Positions 45,450-56,053 are shown, counted from the stretch's first letter. The stretch is DNA of 64,000 nucleotides from an uncultured Gammaproteobacteria bacterium (GCA_964491475.1 CAZBFO010000002.1:16501-80500), one strand, 5' to 3'. Numbers and translations are program-made. The notes: generated from the letters alone by a model not told the origin.

Positions 45450-47546
45450 ATGCAGTTGCCCGGCAATCTCAAATTCCGGAAGAAACAGGCAGCGCTCGGG
45501 CTTTTTGCAGCCTGGCAGATGCTGGTTGCCCTCGTAGCCTTCGCGCCGATTTTCGTCGCCGCACCGGCCGGAGCGCAGAAGCCGGCCACTTGTTTCATGC
45601 GGGTGGAGTGTCTCGACTTGAATACCAAGGGCAATTGCGACAAGGAGCATTGCTTTGAGCCCCGCAAGGAATGCCCCGATGGTCAGGGCCTCTGTTATGC
45701 CAACCCGCCGGCAGTGCCTCTGGTCATCGCCATCGGCGGAAAGACCCAGGTTCTGGATTTGAGCGACTATATCGCCATCGTTTTCAATTTCGGCGCGATC
45801 GCCGCAGGCACCGTCGCCACCGTCATGTTCATGGTGGGGGGCTTCCAGTATCTGACCGCAGGCGGTGACGCCGGCCGTGTCGGTGCAGGAAAAAAGCGCA
45901 TTGTCGACGCGCTGGTCGGTCTGGCATTGGTGCTCGGTTCGGTCATCATGCTGCGCACCGTGAACCCCGACATTCTCCGTCTGCAGATGCCGAAAATCGA
46001 AATCGTGAAGAAAAAGCTGTTTGTCGGCTGCAACCTCTTTGAAATGAAGGCCAAATGCGGCGACCCTTTCACCATCGTGCAGATTCCCGGCGCCAACGAG
46101 TCCATGCCTATCGACAAGCAGTTCAAACTTGGGACGGCCGACGATGTCAAACAGAAGAAGGGGATCATCTGCCGCGGCATGAGCTGCGGCATGGCGGGAT
46201 TCGATGACGGCCTGTTCCGGTGCCAAAGAGACCGGACCTCAACCGAAAAGCCGTCAGAAACGCCGACGCAATGCGGCGGCCCGCCGGCGAAACCGTACAT
46301 CTGCAAGGAGTGTGCGGGTTGGGGCGGGGACTGCGGCAGGCAGGGCAAAAGCGACGACTGCTGCACCGGTTTCTGCGGTACGCGTTCGACCGCCTTGGCG
46401 ACGAAGGACGTGGTCACTTCCGCAGCCGGCGGCCTTGCGGCCGGTGCCGCTACGACCGCAGGCAAAGGCCTCTGCACCAACGGCGAAACCGGCGTGAACT
46501 GCGGCGGCAATGGGGAATGCAGGACCGGCCGTTGCGAGACGCGCGGATTCCACACCTGCTCCTCCGGCTTGACCGGTGCCGCATGCGATAACGCCACGCA
46601 GTGCTCTTCAGGATACGCCTGTCCGCAGGTCACGGGCCTGTTCATCTGCACTCCAAAGGTGCCCGGCGGCTATTGCCTGAACGAAAATGATTGCCCCGAG
46701 GGGTACTTCTGTCCCCGCGACAATTGCGGCATCGGCTCCGCTGCGCAGAATGCAGTGAGCTCTGCGCGAAACGCTGCATCGAGCGCTGGACAGGCTATCA
46801 TCGCCGCGGCCCAAAAGGCCTACGACGCGGCGGACAAGGCGCAGACTGACGGAAGTTACACCTGTTTGGAAGGCATCAGGAAGGGCAAAAAGGTGTCGCT
46901 GTTCGAACAAGGCCAGGCGTGTGCGAACCAGCCAGGACTGGTGGCCGCCGTGGCAGCGGCAAAGACAGCCCTTGTGGCTGCCAAGGCACAGTACGGTATC
47001 GGCACGATTTACGGCAGCGTCGCATCGAGCGGTGCCAACGCTCTTGCCGAGACGGTCAACTGCGGTCGTTGCCGTCGGCGCGACATGCCGAGTGATTGCG
47101 GCAGCGACACCGACTGCAATTCCCTCGGCCAGAAAGCAAGATGCGTGACTACGGACCGCGGAATCAAGGTCTGCACCACCGGCGAAGACGGCTCTCCTTG
47201 CCTGAAGAGCAGCGATTGCGACGACGGCTTTTGCGTCGCCGCAGTCACCAGCATCTTGCCGGGCGGCGGGAACCCCGGCCTTTGCAGCAAGGGCCTGGTC
47301 GGCGAACGCTGCAGCAAGGCCGAGGAGTGCAAGACGAAGCATTGCTACGTCGATGACGGCATCTCGGCGACCCGCGAATTCCTGAAAACCATCGGAAGTT
47401 GGGGCGAGGCCAAGTACGGCTTCTGCGTTTCGGGCGAAGCGGGGTCCGGCTGCAATCCGGCCAAGCAGGACCAGGATTGCGAGCCCAATCTGAAGTGCAG
47501 TCCGCAGGCGCACATGTGCATCGTGAGCAAAAACGCTTGCGGATAA
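45450..47546 (+). CDS. Cys-rich secreted/membrane protein with VirB2/TrbC-like two-helix N-terminal module
   Basis: Dozens of Cys in repeated C-x(n)-C modules. N-terminal two hydrophobic helices separated by a G-rich loop (..[37 protein letters not shown]..). Start is 4 nt after the dsbA-like stop. Confidence 0.6.
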   Translation: MQLPGNLKFRKKQAALGLFAAWQMLVALVAFAPIFVAAPAGAQKPATCFMRVECLDLNTKGNCDKEHCFEPRKECPDGQGLCYANPPAVPLVIAIGGKTQVLDLSDYIAIVFNFGAIAAGTVATVMFMVGGFQYLTAGGDAGRVGAGKKRIVDALVGLALVLGSVIMLRTVNPDILRLQMPKIEIVKKKLFVGCNLFEMKAKCGDPFTIVQIPGANESMPIDKQFKLGTADDVKQKKGIICRGMSCGMAGFDDGLFRCQRDRTSTEKPSETPTQCGGPPAKPYICKECAGWGGDCGRQGKSDDCCTGFCGTRSTALATKDVVTSAAGGLAAGAATTAGKGLCTNGETGVNCGGNGECRTGRCETRGFHTCSSGLTGAACDNATQCSSGYACPQVTGLFICTPKVPGGYCLNENDCPEGYFCPRDNCGIGSAAQNAVSSARNAASSAGQAIIAAAQKAYDAADKAQTDGSYTCLEGIRKGKKVSLFEQGQACANQPGLVAAVAAAKTALVAAKAQYGIGTIYGSVASSGANALAETVNCGRCRRRDMPSDCGSDTDCNSLGQKARCVTTDRGIKVCTTGEDGSPCLKSSDCDDGFCVAAVTSILPGGGNPGLCSKGLVGERCSKAEECKTKHCYVDDGISATREFLKTIGSWGEAKYGFCVSGEAGSGCNPAKQDQDCEPNLKCSPQAHMCIVSKNACG

Positions 47547-47707
47547 TAAAGAGGAAAACGCCGCCAACCAGCGGCGTTTTTCTAACGGTCGGCCGTCCAA
47601 AATCGGGCGCGAGCGAACCCCGCCCCTCAACCCTTGCCAGTACATTGACCGTTCGATATAGTGGGAAACAGTTTTGCGCCCCATTGTTCACATTGACGGA
47701 CAGCCAC

Positions 47708-50704
47708 ATGCCTGCCAGCGGGAACGCCAACGCCAACAATAACGCGATCGTCATCAAAGGTGCCCGCGTGCACAACCTCAAGAACATCGACGCCAAGATC
47801 CCCAAAGGGAAGTTCACCGTCATCACCGGCCTTTCCGGCTCCGGAAAGTCCTCGCTCGCTTTCGACACCATCTACGCGGAGGGTCAGCGCCGCTACGTCG
47901 AGTCGCTCTCGTCGTACGCCCGCCAGTTCCTCGAACTTCAGGACAAGCCCGACGTGGACGAGATCCACGGCCTTTCGCCGACCATCGCCATCGAGCAGCG
48001 CACCACTTCTTCCAACCCGCGCTCCACGGTCGGTACCATCACCGAAATTTACGACTACCTGCGCCTGCTGTTCGCCCGCGCCGGCCGACCGCATTGCCCC
48101 AACTGCGGCGACGAAGTCCGTCACGAAAATCCGCACGAGGTCGCCAAGAAGGTCCGCGACATCATCGAGGATTCCGGCGTGGCCATCCTCGCGCCGATGG
48201 TCCGCGACGAAAAGGGCGTCCACAAGCACCTGCTCGAATGGGCAGGGAAGAGCGGCTTCACCGAACTCCGTTTCAACGGCCTGTTTGCGCCGCTCGACGA
48301 GGTGAAGGCGATGCGCCGCGACAAGGAGCAGCGCTCCACAATCGAGATCGTCGTGGGCCGCTACAACCAGCAGGACGATTCCGCCCAGCTCGAGGCCCAG
48401 ATCGCCAAGGCTTTCGACATGGCCGACGGCTTCCTCACCGTTTATCGCGAGGATTCCGGCGACGACCTGACTTTCAGCCAGCGCCTGATGTGCCCCAAGT
48501 GCAACATCCACCTTCCGGAGCTGGAGCCGCGCATCTTCTCTTTCAATTCGCCGCACGGCGCCTGCCCTGCCTGCACCGGCCTCGGCACCAAGCTCGTGGT
48601 CGAGCCGGATTTGGTGATTCCCAACCCGCGCCTCACCCTGGCCCAGGGCGCCATCAAGCCGTGGACCCGCATCGCCGGCAACCAGCAGTGGTACACCAAG
48701 CTGCTCTCCGCCGTCGCCAAGACGCACGGCTTCTCGGTCGACACGCCTATCGAAAAACTGGAAAAGCGCGCGCTGGACATCATTTTGTATGGCACCGGCG
48801 ACGAAACCTACTCGGTCGAAAACCAGCAGGTCCCTTTTGACGGCGTCGTTCCCAACTTGGAAAAGCGCTACAAGGAAACTGATTCTGATTACGTTCAAAA
48901 AGAGATTGAGGGCTACATGAACGTGGTCACTTGCCCTGCCTGCAAAGGCAAGCGCCTGCGCCCCGAAGTCCTCGGCATCACCTTTGGCGGCAAGACCATC
49001 GCCGACACCGTCGGCTTGTCCATCGACGAAGCCTCCAAGTTCTTCTCGATGCTGCTCGATGGCGTGAACAAGAACATCGCTGCTGCCAAGATTGTGGCTG
49101 CGCGCGGTACCAAGGCTGCGCCTGCGAAGGCTGTCGCTGCAAAGTCTGCTGCCGGCACCGCGGCAAAGTCTTCGAAGAAGACTTCGGGCGAAGCTGCACC
49201 CCTCTCCGAGCGCGAGGAAAAAATCGCCGGTCAGGCGTTGCGCGAAGTCACCGTCCGCCTGCAAAACTTGGTCGAGGTCGGTCTTGGCTACCTCACTTTG
49301 GACCGCGCCGGCATCACCTTGTCTGGTGGTGAATTGCAGCGCGTCCGTCTCGCCACCCAGCTCGGCACGGATCTCTCCGGCGTCATCTACATCTTGGACG
49401 AGCCGAGCATCGGTCTGCACCCGCGCGACAACGACAAGCTCATCACCGCGCTCAAGAAGCTGCGCGATCAGGGCAACACGGTGATCGTAGTGGAACATGA
49501 TGAAGCCACCATCGAAGCTGCCGACTACGTCATCGACATGGGTCCTGGTGCCGGCGAGTTCGGCGGTCTCATCATCGCCGAGGGCACGCCTACCGAGCTG
49601 ATGAAGAACAAGAACAGCATCACCGGTCGCTATATGACCGGCAAGGACTTCATTCCCACGCCCGCCAAGTACCGCCGCGGCAACGGCAAGGCGCTGGTGG
49701 TGAAGGGCGCCACCGAGTTCAACCTCAAGAACGTCACCGCGCGCTTCCCGCTCGGCATGCTGGTGTGCGTCACCGGCGTCTCCGGTTCCGGCAAGTCGAC
49801 GCTGGTGATCGACATCCTTTCCAAGGCGCTGGCCAAGAAGTTCTACCGCGCCAAGGACAACCCCGGCGCCCACAAGGAAATCAAGGGCATGAACGACATC
49901 GACAAGGTCATCTCCATCGATCAGACCGCCATCGGCCGCACCCCGCGCTCCAACCCCGCCACCTACACGGGCGTCTTCACGGCGATTCGTGATTTGTTTA
50001 CGGAAGTCCCCGAGGCAAAGATGAAGGGTTACGACGCCGGCAAGTTCTCCTTCAACGTGAAAGGCGGCGGCCGCTGCGAAGCTTGCGCCGGCGAAGGCAT
50101 GGTCCGCATCGAAATGCAGTTCCTCCCCGACGTCTACATCGAATGCACCGAATGCCGCGGCAAGCGCTACAACACCGAGGCGCTGGAGATTCACTACAAA
50201 GACAAGACCATCGCTGACGTCTTGGAGATGTCCGTCGAGGAATCCGCTACTTTCTTTGCCGATCAGCCGTTGATTCACGAGAAGCTCGCGGTTTTGAAGG
50301 ACGTCGGTCTGGGCTACCTGAAGCTCGGCCAATCCGCCACGACCCTGTCCGGCGGTGAAGCCCAGCGCGTGAAGCTGGCCACCGAATTGTCACGCCGCGC
50401 CACCGGCCGTACCCTGTACATCTTGGACGAGCCCACCACCGGCCTGCACTTCGACGACATCAAGCGTTTGCTTGGCGTATTGAATCAGTTGGTGGAGAAG
50501 GGGAATACGGTGCTCGTGATCGAGCACAACCTGGACGTCATCAAGTCATCGGACTGGATCGTTGACATGGGCCCCGAAGGCGGCGCTGGGGGAGGTATGG
50601 TTGTTGCGGAAGGCACTCCCAAGGATGTGCTGAAGGCCAAGAACTCTCGCACCGCTGATTACCTGAAGAAGACGATGAAGAATGCGGTGATGGCTAAGGC
50701 GTAA
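47708..50704 (+). CDS. uvrA: excinuclease ABC subunit A
   Basis: Two ABC ATPase modules ([20 protein letters not shown]), LSGGE signatures, zinc-finger C-x-x-C pairs. Confidence 0.9.
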   Translation: MPASGNANANNNAIVIKGARVHNLKNIDAKIPKGKFTVITGLSGSGKSSLAFDTIYAEGQRRYVESLSSYARQFLELQDKPDVDEIHGLSPTIAIEQRTTSSNPRSTVGTITEIYDYLRLLFARAGRPHCPNCGDEVRHENPHEVAKKVRDIIEDSGVAILAPMVRDEKGVHKHLLEWAGKSGFTELRFNGLFAPLDEVKAMRRDKEQRSTIEIVVGRYNQQDDSAQLEAQIAKAFDMADGFLTVYREDSGDDLTFSQRLMCPKCNIHLPELEPRIFSFNSPHGACPACTGLGTKLVVEPDLVIPNPRLTLAQGAIKPWTRIAGNQQWYTKLLSAVAKTHGFSVDTPIEKLEKRALDIILYGTGDETYSVENQQVPFDGVVPNLEKRYKETDSDYVQKEIEGYMNVVTCPACKGKRLRPEVLGITFGGKTIADTVGLSIDEASKFFSMLLDGVNKNIAAAKIVAARGTKAAPAKAVAAKSAAGTAAKSSKKTSGEAAPLSEREEKIAGQALREVTVRLQNLVEVGLGYLTLDRAGITLSGGELQRVRLATQLGTDLSGVIYILDEPSIGLHPRDNDKLITALKKLRDQGNTVIVVEHDEATIEAADYVIDMGPGAGEFGGLIIAEGTPTELMKNKNSITGRYMTGKDFIPTPAKYRRGNGKALVVKGATEFNLKNVTARFPLGMLVCVTGVSGSGKSTLVIDILSKALAKKFYRAKDNPGAHKEIKGMNDIDKVISIDQTAIGRTPRSNPATYTGVFTAIRDLFTEVPEAKMKGYDAGKFSFNVKGGGRCEACAGEGMVRIEMQFLPDVYIECTECRGKRYNTEALEIHYKDKTIADVLEMSVEESATFFADQPLIHEKLAVLKDVGLGYLKLGQSATTLSGGEAQRVKLATELSRRATGRTLYILDEPTTGLHFDDIKRLLGVLNQLVEKGNTVLVIEHNLDVIKSSDWIVDMGPEGGAGGGMVVAEGTPKDVLKAKNSRTADYLKKTMKNAVMAKA

Positions 50705-50716
50705 GGTTCGTGAAAA

Positions 50717-50741
50717 GCAGGCAAAAATGCCTGTTTTTTTC
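50717..50741 (+). terminator. intrinsic terminator after uvrA
   Basis: CAGGCA-AAAA-TGCCTG followed by TTTTTTT. Confidence 0.7.
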
Positions 50742-50747
50742 AAGGGC

Positions 50748-50776
50748 TTGACATATAAGTGTATTACTTATACTAT
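50748..50776 (+). promoter_or_regulatory. sigma70-type promoter (TTGACA-17-TACTAT) at the edge of a low-GC island
   Basis: Seen directly, upstream of the toxin-like ORF. Confidence 0.45.
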
Positions 50777-50790
50777 GACTTCATAACCGG

Positions 50791-51180
50791 TTGAACTTGC
50801 ATATGTACGCTTATAACGGGAAACACGGAAGCTTGTTGGACGAGCTTGGCATGGTGGAGGGAAGCCATCGGCACGCGATCTTTAAAAAGATTGCCTTGCT
50901 GGAGGGCAAGCCGATCGATTTGGTTAAGGATATGGGGTTTATCGGAGGACCCTTTTATCACAAGTCACCAGCCTTCATATACGGCATCCGCGTTCATGCA
51001 CCACAACGTATGCAATACCGTATTCCGTTTGCCCTGTTTCAGGGGAGCTACATGCTGCTCACCTGGAATGGCCGCGACAATCTGGATTTTGATAAGCTCA
51101 CTATGCAAGCATTAGAACGTTATTACGAGGTTTACAATGACCCCCAGAAATATGAAAAATTCGAACCGCTCCCTGCTTGA
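50791..51180 (+). CDS. putative HigB/Gp49-like (RelE-fold) toxin
   Basis: Segment ..IYGIRVHAPQRMQYRIPFALFQGSYMLLTWNGRD.. resembles the HigB/DUF891 core. Lies upstream of, and overlaps, an XRE-HTH gene (higBA-like order). Confidence 0.4.
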   Translation: MNLHMYAYNGKHGSLLDELGMVEGSHRHAIFKKIALLEGKPIDLVKDMGFIGGPFYHKSPAFIYGIRVHAPQRMQYRIPFALFQGSYMLLTWNGRDNLDFDKLTMQALERYYEVYNDPQKYEKFEPLPA

Positions 51181-51553
51181 TCGCTGGTTTTCAAACGATG
51201 AAGATCGTCTGCTGGCACTTGAAAATGCCTACGACGTGCAAATCGCGCACAGCATCAGTATGGCCCGTCACCATCGAAAAATGACCCAACACGATTTGGC
51301 AACGGAGCTTGGGGTCAGCCAGTCTTATGTGGCGCAACTTGAGAGCGCTGCCGTGCTTCCAAGCCACAAAAAACTGAAATTTCTGGCGAGAATATTTAAG
51401 GCTAAACTGGCGCCACCGAGGATTGTGATTGAACAGGCGGAACTAATTCCGAAGACGGGCGCCGGCTACGTTCAGAAGGTCAGCCTCGAACAGCTCATCG
51501 GTAATCCAATTACAGTAAGGTATTCAGCTAATAGCGCTATCTATGGTAACTAA
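51152..51553 (+). CDS. XRE-family HTH antitoxin-like protein (HigA-like)
   Basis: Classic HTH_XRE (..MTQHDLATELGVSQSYVAQLESA..). Start ambiguous (51137 or 51152). Confidence 0.6.
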   Translation: MKNSNRSLLDRWFSNDEDRLLALENAYDVQIAHSISMARHHRKMTQHDLATELGVSQSYVAQLESAAVLPSHKKLKFLARIFKAKLAPPRIVIEQAELIPKTGAGYVQKVSLEQLIGNPITVRYSANSAIYGN

Positions 51554-51998
51554 GAAAAAAATCAGATTGTATTGGTCCGTTTTGTGCAGGAAGGTTGTCA
51601 TCGACAAAGAAACTAATAATTTAATATTGGGTGAGGTAATTGAGGAGATACAATACGAGTTGGCAAAGGCAGGAAAGCAGGAGGTAGAAGTTCAACTTAA
51701 AAAAAATGGATATATTGGACTTCCTGCTGAAGCGTGCCTCGTCAGTTATTTGGAATACGACGCTAATTCTGAGGGGCAATTAAAAGTTGAGTTTTTGTCT
51801 CCGGACGGAAAGTCGTTGCTCACGGATGAAATCAAAGTCCAATTTTCCGCGAATGGGCGTGGCAGGAGTATCCATCTTCTGCCAGCCTTGAGAGTAAGTG
51901 GCCCTGGACGACATCTTGTGAGGGTATTCGACGCAAGCGGTAGCGAGGCCATTCAATTGGCGGAGTTACCCCTGTTTGTCTCGTTGAATTATGTGTAA
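51543..51998 (+). CDS. hypothetical protein in low-GC island
   Basis: 151-aa ORF with AT-rich codon usage distinct from the flanking genes. Terminator downstream. Confidence 0.4.
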   Translation: MVTKKKIRLYWSVLCRKVVIDKETNNLILGEVIEEIQYELAKAGKQEVEVQLKKNGYIGLPAEACLVSYLEYDANSEGQLKVEFLSPDGKSLLTDEIKVQFSANGRGRSIHLLPALRVSGPGRHLVRVFDASGSEAIQLAELPLFVSLNYV

Positions 51999-52080
51999 GA
52001 GAAGTAAATTTCTTGCGGGAAACTATCGCATCAGACTGGTTAATCAGGGGGGAGTTACAAGCTGTTGGCATTTAAAAGAA

Positions 52081-52106
52081 GCCCTGCAAAATTGCAGGGC
52101 TTTTTC
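52081..52106 (+). terminator. intrinsic terminator (perfect palindrome GCCCTGCAAAATTGCAGGGC + TTTTT)
   Basis: Seen directly. Confidence 0.7.
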
Positions 52107-52398
52107 GTGGCCGAATCGCCATCACTCAATCAAGATCGAACCGCTGATCCTTGGAAATTATCGCCCCAAGCTCGAGAAGTTCGAGGAAGGCGGATCCTTC
52201 GGTCAGCTCGGCGGCGATGAGCAAGCGAGCTTTGTTCATGAGGAAGTGCCCATGCCACTTGGGAAGCAGTGTGAGGATGTGAAGGTATGTCGCCTCGCTC
52301 GGGGCTTTAATTTTGCAGCGCATCTCGTCTCCTTGAGAGAACGAGCGTATCACGACTAAAACCCGCGTGGCAAGGAGCCGGAAACGGCTTGCTTCGAC

Positions 52399-52428
52399 AA
52401 AAAAACCGCCCCCCGATTGGGGAGCGGC
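52399..52428 (-). terminator. intrinsic terminator for the minus-strand nudix-hydrolase operon
   Basis: CCGCTCCCC-AAT-CGGGGGGCGG then a T-tract on the minus strand. Confidence 0.6.
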
Positions 52429-52452
52429 ACGGAGGTGGTGGCCGATTCATCA

Positions 52453-53571
52453 TCAGCCCGTCATCGCCTCCGCAGGCATCGACTGCATCAGGCTCTCCAG
52501 CATGATGCGCCGCAGGTACTCCGCGAGCGCCTTGATGTCGTTCACCCCATGCCGTTCCGCGTCGAGGCCGATGAGGTGGTGTTCCACCCCGTTGACCTCG
52601 GCGACGTAGGGCGAGAAGAAGTGCTCGCGGAGCGTCGGGATGGCCGCGACCAGCGTGACGGGGTCGTAGAGATTGAAAGTCTCTACGATGTCCCATATGG
52701 AGTCGCCTGCCGTTCGTCCGGCACCCTTGCCTCCGCAGAAGGTGTTGCGGAACCAGTCGGCGTTGCAGCGTTCGGGCAGGCCCATGCGCTCGGGGGCGCC
52801 GGCGGGCATGCAGGCTCGCTTCCACAGATGCTCGATGGCCAGCATCTGCGCGTCGCGCAAACGCTTGCCGATGACGTGGCCGGTGTCGGCCATGTCGTCA
52901 TACACCGAGCGGGGGACCTTGGCGGCCACTGCGGGATGCCTGCTGACGACGGTCATCGGAATACCGAGCATCTGCAGGCCGCGGTACAGGAACTTGGTGG
53001 CGTCGAGGTCGAAGGTGTGATTCTGGGCGGTCAGGTCCGGCAGAAAGTACCCGTTCTCGTCGAGCACCGGCCTGTGGTCCTTGGCCTGCACGCCGCCCAT
53101 GATGACGACTCGCCGCACCTTTTCGGTGAACAACTCGTGATCATGCGCCAGCGCGTTGGCCGCGTCAGTGAGTCCGCTGATGAGCAGCAGCACCACGCCT
53201 TTCGGCCGCGCCTCGCGCAGCGCGCGCTCGATCAGGTTCTTGCCGTGTTCGAACGTGCGCTGTTCCGCGAGGTAGGTGACGGCGAACTGATACTTCAGCC
53301 CGTCGTCTTCCGGCTGCAGGCAGTTGGAGCCGATGCCGACCGGAATGTCGGCCATGCCGAGCGCGTCCATCGTCCCCTTGGCCAGCTGCGCGCGTTTCGC
53401 GGCAGGCGCCAGGTTGGCGACGGTGCCGAGCATGTCCAGGATGCCCAGCCGCACGAAGCGGTTGAGCATCACCAGCACGTCCTCGTCGTCTTGGTCGCGC
53501 CCGGGGTCGGTGATGACGAACAGGCTGCGGAAGAGCGGGACGATGTCCGCCCAGTTCTTGCCGGAGCTCAT
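52453..53571 (-). CDS. inosine-uridine-preferring nucleoside hydrolase family protein
   Basis: N-terminal ..VITDPGRDQDDEDVLVML.. resembles the IU_nuc_hydro DxDxxxDD metal motif. Start at the internal ATG (MSSGKNW), which overlaps the upstream stop (ATGA). Confidence 0.7.
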   Translation of the reverse strand: MSSGKNWADIVPLFRSLFVITDPGRDQDDEDVLVMLNRFVRLGILDMLGTVANLAPAAKRAQLAKGTMDALGMADIPVGIGSNCLQPEDDGLKYQFAVTYLAEQRTFEHGKNLIERALREARPKGVVLLLISGLTDAANALAHDHELFTEKVRRVVIMGGVQAKDHRPVLDENGYFLPDLTAQNHTFDLDATKFLYRGLQMLGIPMTVVSRHPAVAAKVPRSVYDDMADTGHVIGKRLRDAQMLAIEHLWKRACMPAGAPERMGLPERCNADWFRNTFCGGKGAGRTAGDSIWDIVETFNLYDPVTLVAAIPTLREHFFSPYVAEVNGVEHHLIGLDAERHGVNDIKALAEYLRRIMLESLMQSMPAEAMTG

Positions 53572-54143
53572 TGCTCTTCTCCCAGCATGACCAGCCGCAG
53601 GTGCTGCGCCAGCGTGAAGGTGCGCAGGCACTCGTGCAGGCCAGGGTGGTTGCCGTTGATGAAGTCGGAGGCATCGACCCAGACGCGGGTGATGCTTTCG
53701 CCTTCCTCGGCGACTCCGTAGCCCTCGTCGCCCTCGGTGACTTGGGCGGCGAAGATCTCGGCGTATGCCAGGTAGCAGCGCTCCGTCAGGATGCCGGCGG
53801 ACAAGGCCATCGGCTTTCCCTTGTTGAGCAGCACCACGTCTTCCTCTCGTAGCGTGACGCCTGCTTCTTCTTTGGCCTCCTTGACCAGCAACGCCTTGGG
53901 TCCGAGGTTCACGTCGAACCGTCCGGCCACCAGCTCGGTGATGGCGCCGGACGGGTTGTCTTCGCGCTCCATCGGCACGCGCTTCTGACGGATCAGCAGC
54001 ACGCGATGGTTGTTGCGGTCGTAGAGCAATCCGGCGACGGAATCGCTGGAACGCACCGCGAGGATGGGGAACGGAACCCCCTCCACTTGGTGGCTTTCCA
54101 GGCTGATGAAGCCTTTGTAAAGGATCTTCGGATCTTTCGGCAT
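53568..54143 (-). CDS. NUDIX hydrolase (ADP-ribose pyrophosphatase-like)
   Basis: Nudix-box-like GRFDVNLGPKALLVKEAKEEAGV. Translationally coupled to the nucleoside hydrolase. Confidence 0.5.
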   Translation of the reverse strand: MPKDPKILYKGFISLESHQVEGVPFPILAVRSSDSVAGLLYDRNNHRVLLIRQKRVPMEREDNPSGAITELVAGRFDVNLGPKALLVKEAKEEAGVTLREEDVVLLNKGKPMALSAGILTERCYLAYAEIFAAQVTEGDEGYGVAEEGESITRVWVDASDFINGNHPGLHECLRTFTLAQHLRLVMLGEEQ

Positions 54144-54302
54144 TGTGCCTACTCCTTTTCGTTTTTCTCACGTTGCGAGCCCGCACCATTGAGGCGTGAC
54201 GCAACGTGGCAAAATAGCAGAGATTGCCGTCATGGTCAAGGCAGAGGCGGGCGGAAATATAAGGAAAAACCGCCAGTTTTTAGCGGTTTTTCCTTGCTCA
54301 AT

Positions 54303-55481
54303 TTACTCCCGAATGATGTCTCCCGTATCAACCGCCTCGAAGGCGCTCCCCGGAACGCCCTTCAACTGGTTCAGCTCGTCGTCATTCCACCGTGTGTCCG
54401 TGGCACCCTGGAAGTACCACGACGAACCGTTGTCGGCCAGGATCATGCCATACTTCTTCATGGCAACGGCGATGATGCGTGCCTGGCCGGTGAGGCCGGA
54501 GATGTCGTAGTCGGCCTTCATGCGGACGCGCAGGCCCATGGGGGGATTGGTGGTGCCGCTCAAACCGGCTTGGTGCGTGGCGGGAAGGATGTAGCCCTGC
54601 TGCGTGTGTCGCGCAGTGAAGCGAATGGCGTGGGTGATTTCGCCCGCTGCGACTTCGTCGGCGCGGATGAGGCCGGCGAGGATTGGCAGGCCGGCCGCAT
54701 CAGCCGAGGTCCAGCCAAAAGGACGAAGCGCGCCGGTCTTCAAGTTCCAGACGGCGCCGGAATCAGCCGACCAGCCGGCGCCGGAGTTCTTGTGCGCGTT
54801 GTACATCTCGTACAGTTTGCAGGCGCCGGAATCGAGCACCAGCACGTGCGAGTCGCTTGGAGCTTCGACCTTGGCGTTGTCGGGAATCGGGTACGGACCC
54901 GGGTCGCTCTCGTCGCCGTACGCGGTGAAGGTGATGGGCACCTTCGGCTGCGAGCCGGGGACGACGTTGTAGGGGATGCCGTAGGTCTGATCCTCGCCGA
55001 AGTCGGGGTGCAGGTGCGTCGATGCGCCGATGGCGTTGATGAAAGTGTCCGAGTCGGCACGGACGGGGAGCGCGGAGACGTCTTGGTTCCAGGCGTTGTC
55101 GGCGGGGAAGATGTCGCAGCCGGCGATTACTGTGCCTTTGCCGGCGGGGATTTTCGAAGTCGTCGAAGCATTCGATGTGCTCGTTGAGCTATTCGTCATC
55201 GTCTCGCCGGTTTCGGGATCAATACCGACATTGCCCTCCGGAATCTGGCTCAAGTCCGAATTTTTGATACCAAGCGCCAGTTTTTTGAAGATTTCCAATG
55301 CGGTGGCCGTAGTGATGCGGTAGCGCTTGCCGTCGGTGTGCACGAAGTACGTCTTTCCCTTGTCTTCTACGGCCAAGAGGATTCTGCCGGTCAGGCGTTG
55401 GGCAATTGAAGTGGCGGCGGCTGCGGTGACGGCCATTCCGAGGAATGCGCCGATGCACAGGCCGAAGGCGAATTTTTTCAT
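54303..55481 (-). CDS. secreted hypothetical protein
   Basis: N-terminal signal peptide (MKKFAFGLCIGAFLGMAVTAAAA). Natural amino-acid composition. Plus-strand overlapping ORFs are R-rich noise. Confidence 0.5.
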   Translation of the reverse strand: MKKFAFGLCIGAFLGMAVTAAAATSIAQRLTGRILLAVEDKGKTYFVHTDGKRYRITTATALEIFKKLALGIKNSDLSQIPEGNVGIDPETGETMTNSSTSTSNASTTSKIPAGKGTVIAGCDIFPADNAWNQDVSALPVRADSDTFINAIGASTHLHPDFGEDQTYGIPYNVVPGSQPKVPITFTAYGDESDPGPYPIPDNAKVEAPSDSHVLVLDSGACKLYEMYNAHKNSGAGWSADSGAVWNLKTGALRPFGWTSADAAGLPILAGLIRADEVAAGEITHAIRFTARHTQQGYILPATHQAGLSGTTNPPMGLRVRMKADYDISGLTGQARIIAVAMKKYGMILADNGSSWYFQGATDTRWNDDELNQLKGVPGSAFEAVDTGDIIRE

Positions 55482-55654
55482 ACGCGCTCTGTAAGTTGGT
55501 CAGATTGCAGTCACTATACCACTATGGACGTTTACGCGGGCAATCGGTTGCGACCGTTGACTTTGCGCCGTTTTTATGGTATTTTACCGACCGTTCGCAC
55601 GCATAGGTACGCGTACGTATTCATGTGACGGACTCAAGGAGAAAAGGGGAAAAC

Positions 55655-56053
55655 ATGAAAAGCACATTCGATTTGAGCCCGGCCATCGATGCGTTGGCCA
55701 TGCTCTGCACCCACCACGGATTCGACGCGACTGCCACCCTGCAGAAGTTGGCCTCTCGCAAACGGACGTTCTTTTTCAGGATAAGGACGAAGATGAAGTG
55801 CCGCAGCGTCACCCGGCTGGGGGAAGACGAGGTGCGTCATCTCGGCATCTTCGCGCCGGCGTACAGCCTGTGCGTCGGCGGCTACAGCGATCTGATCTTC
55901 TTCATCGGCACCTACCGCGACGGAGACGGCAAGACGATCAGCTACGTGAGCGTCACGACACGGCAGGTCTTGGAGCGTCGGATCGACGACGGCGATTGGT
56001 CATCTGAAGATGACGAAGACGCGACCGAGAGCGACGAGGATAACCTGATGTAG
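55655..56053 (+). CDS. hypothetical protein with acidic C-terminus
   Basis: AAGGGGAAAAC RBS, ATG at 55655. Promoter-like TTGACT-17-TATTTT upstream. Confidence 0.45.
   Translation: MKSTFDLSPAIDALAMLCTHHGFDATATLQKLASRKRTFFFRIRTKMKCRSVTRLGEDEVRHLGIFAPAYSLCVGGYSDLIFFIGTYRDGDGKTISYVSVTTRQVLERRIDDGDWSSEDDEDATESDEDNLM

Noticed and set aside
52126-52353. 75-aa minus-strand ORF downstream of the low-GC island
   Set aside because: It has no RBS, lies between two terminators and has no recognisable motif. It is possibly a relic, and I did not call it.
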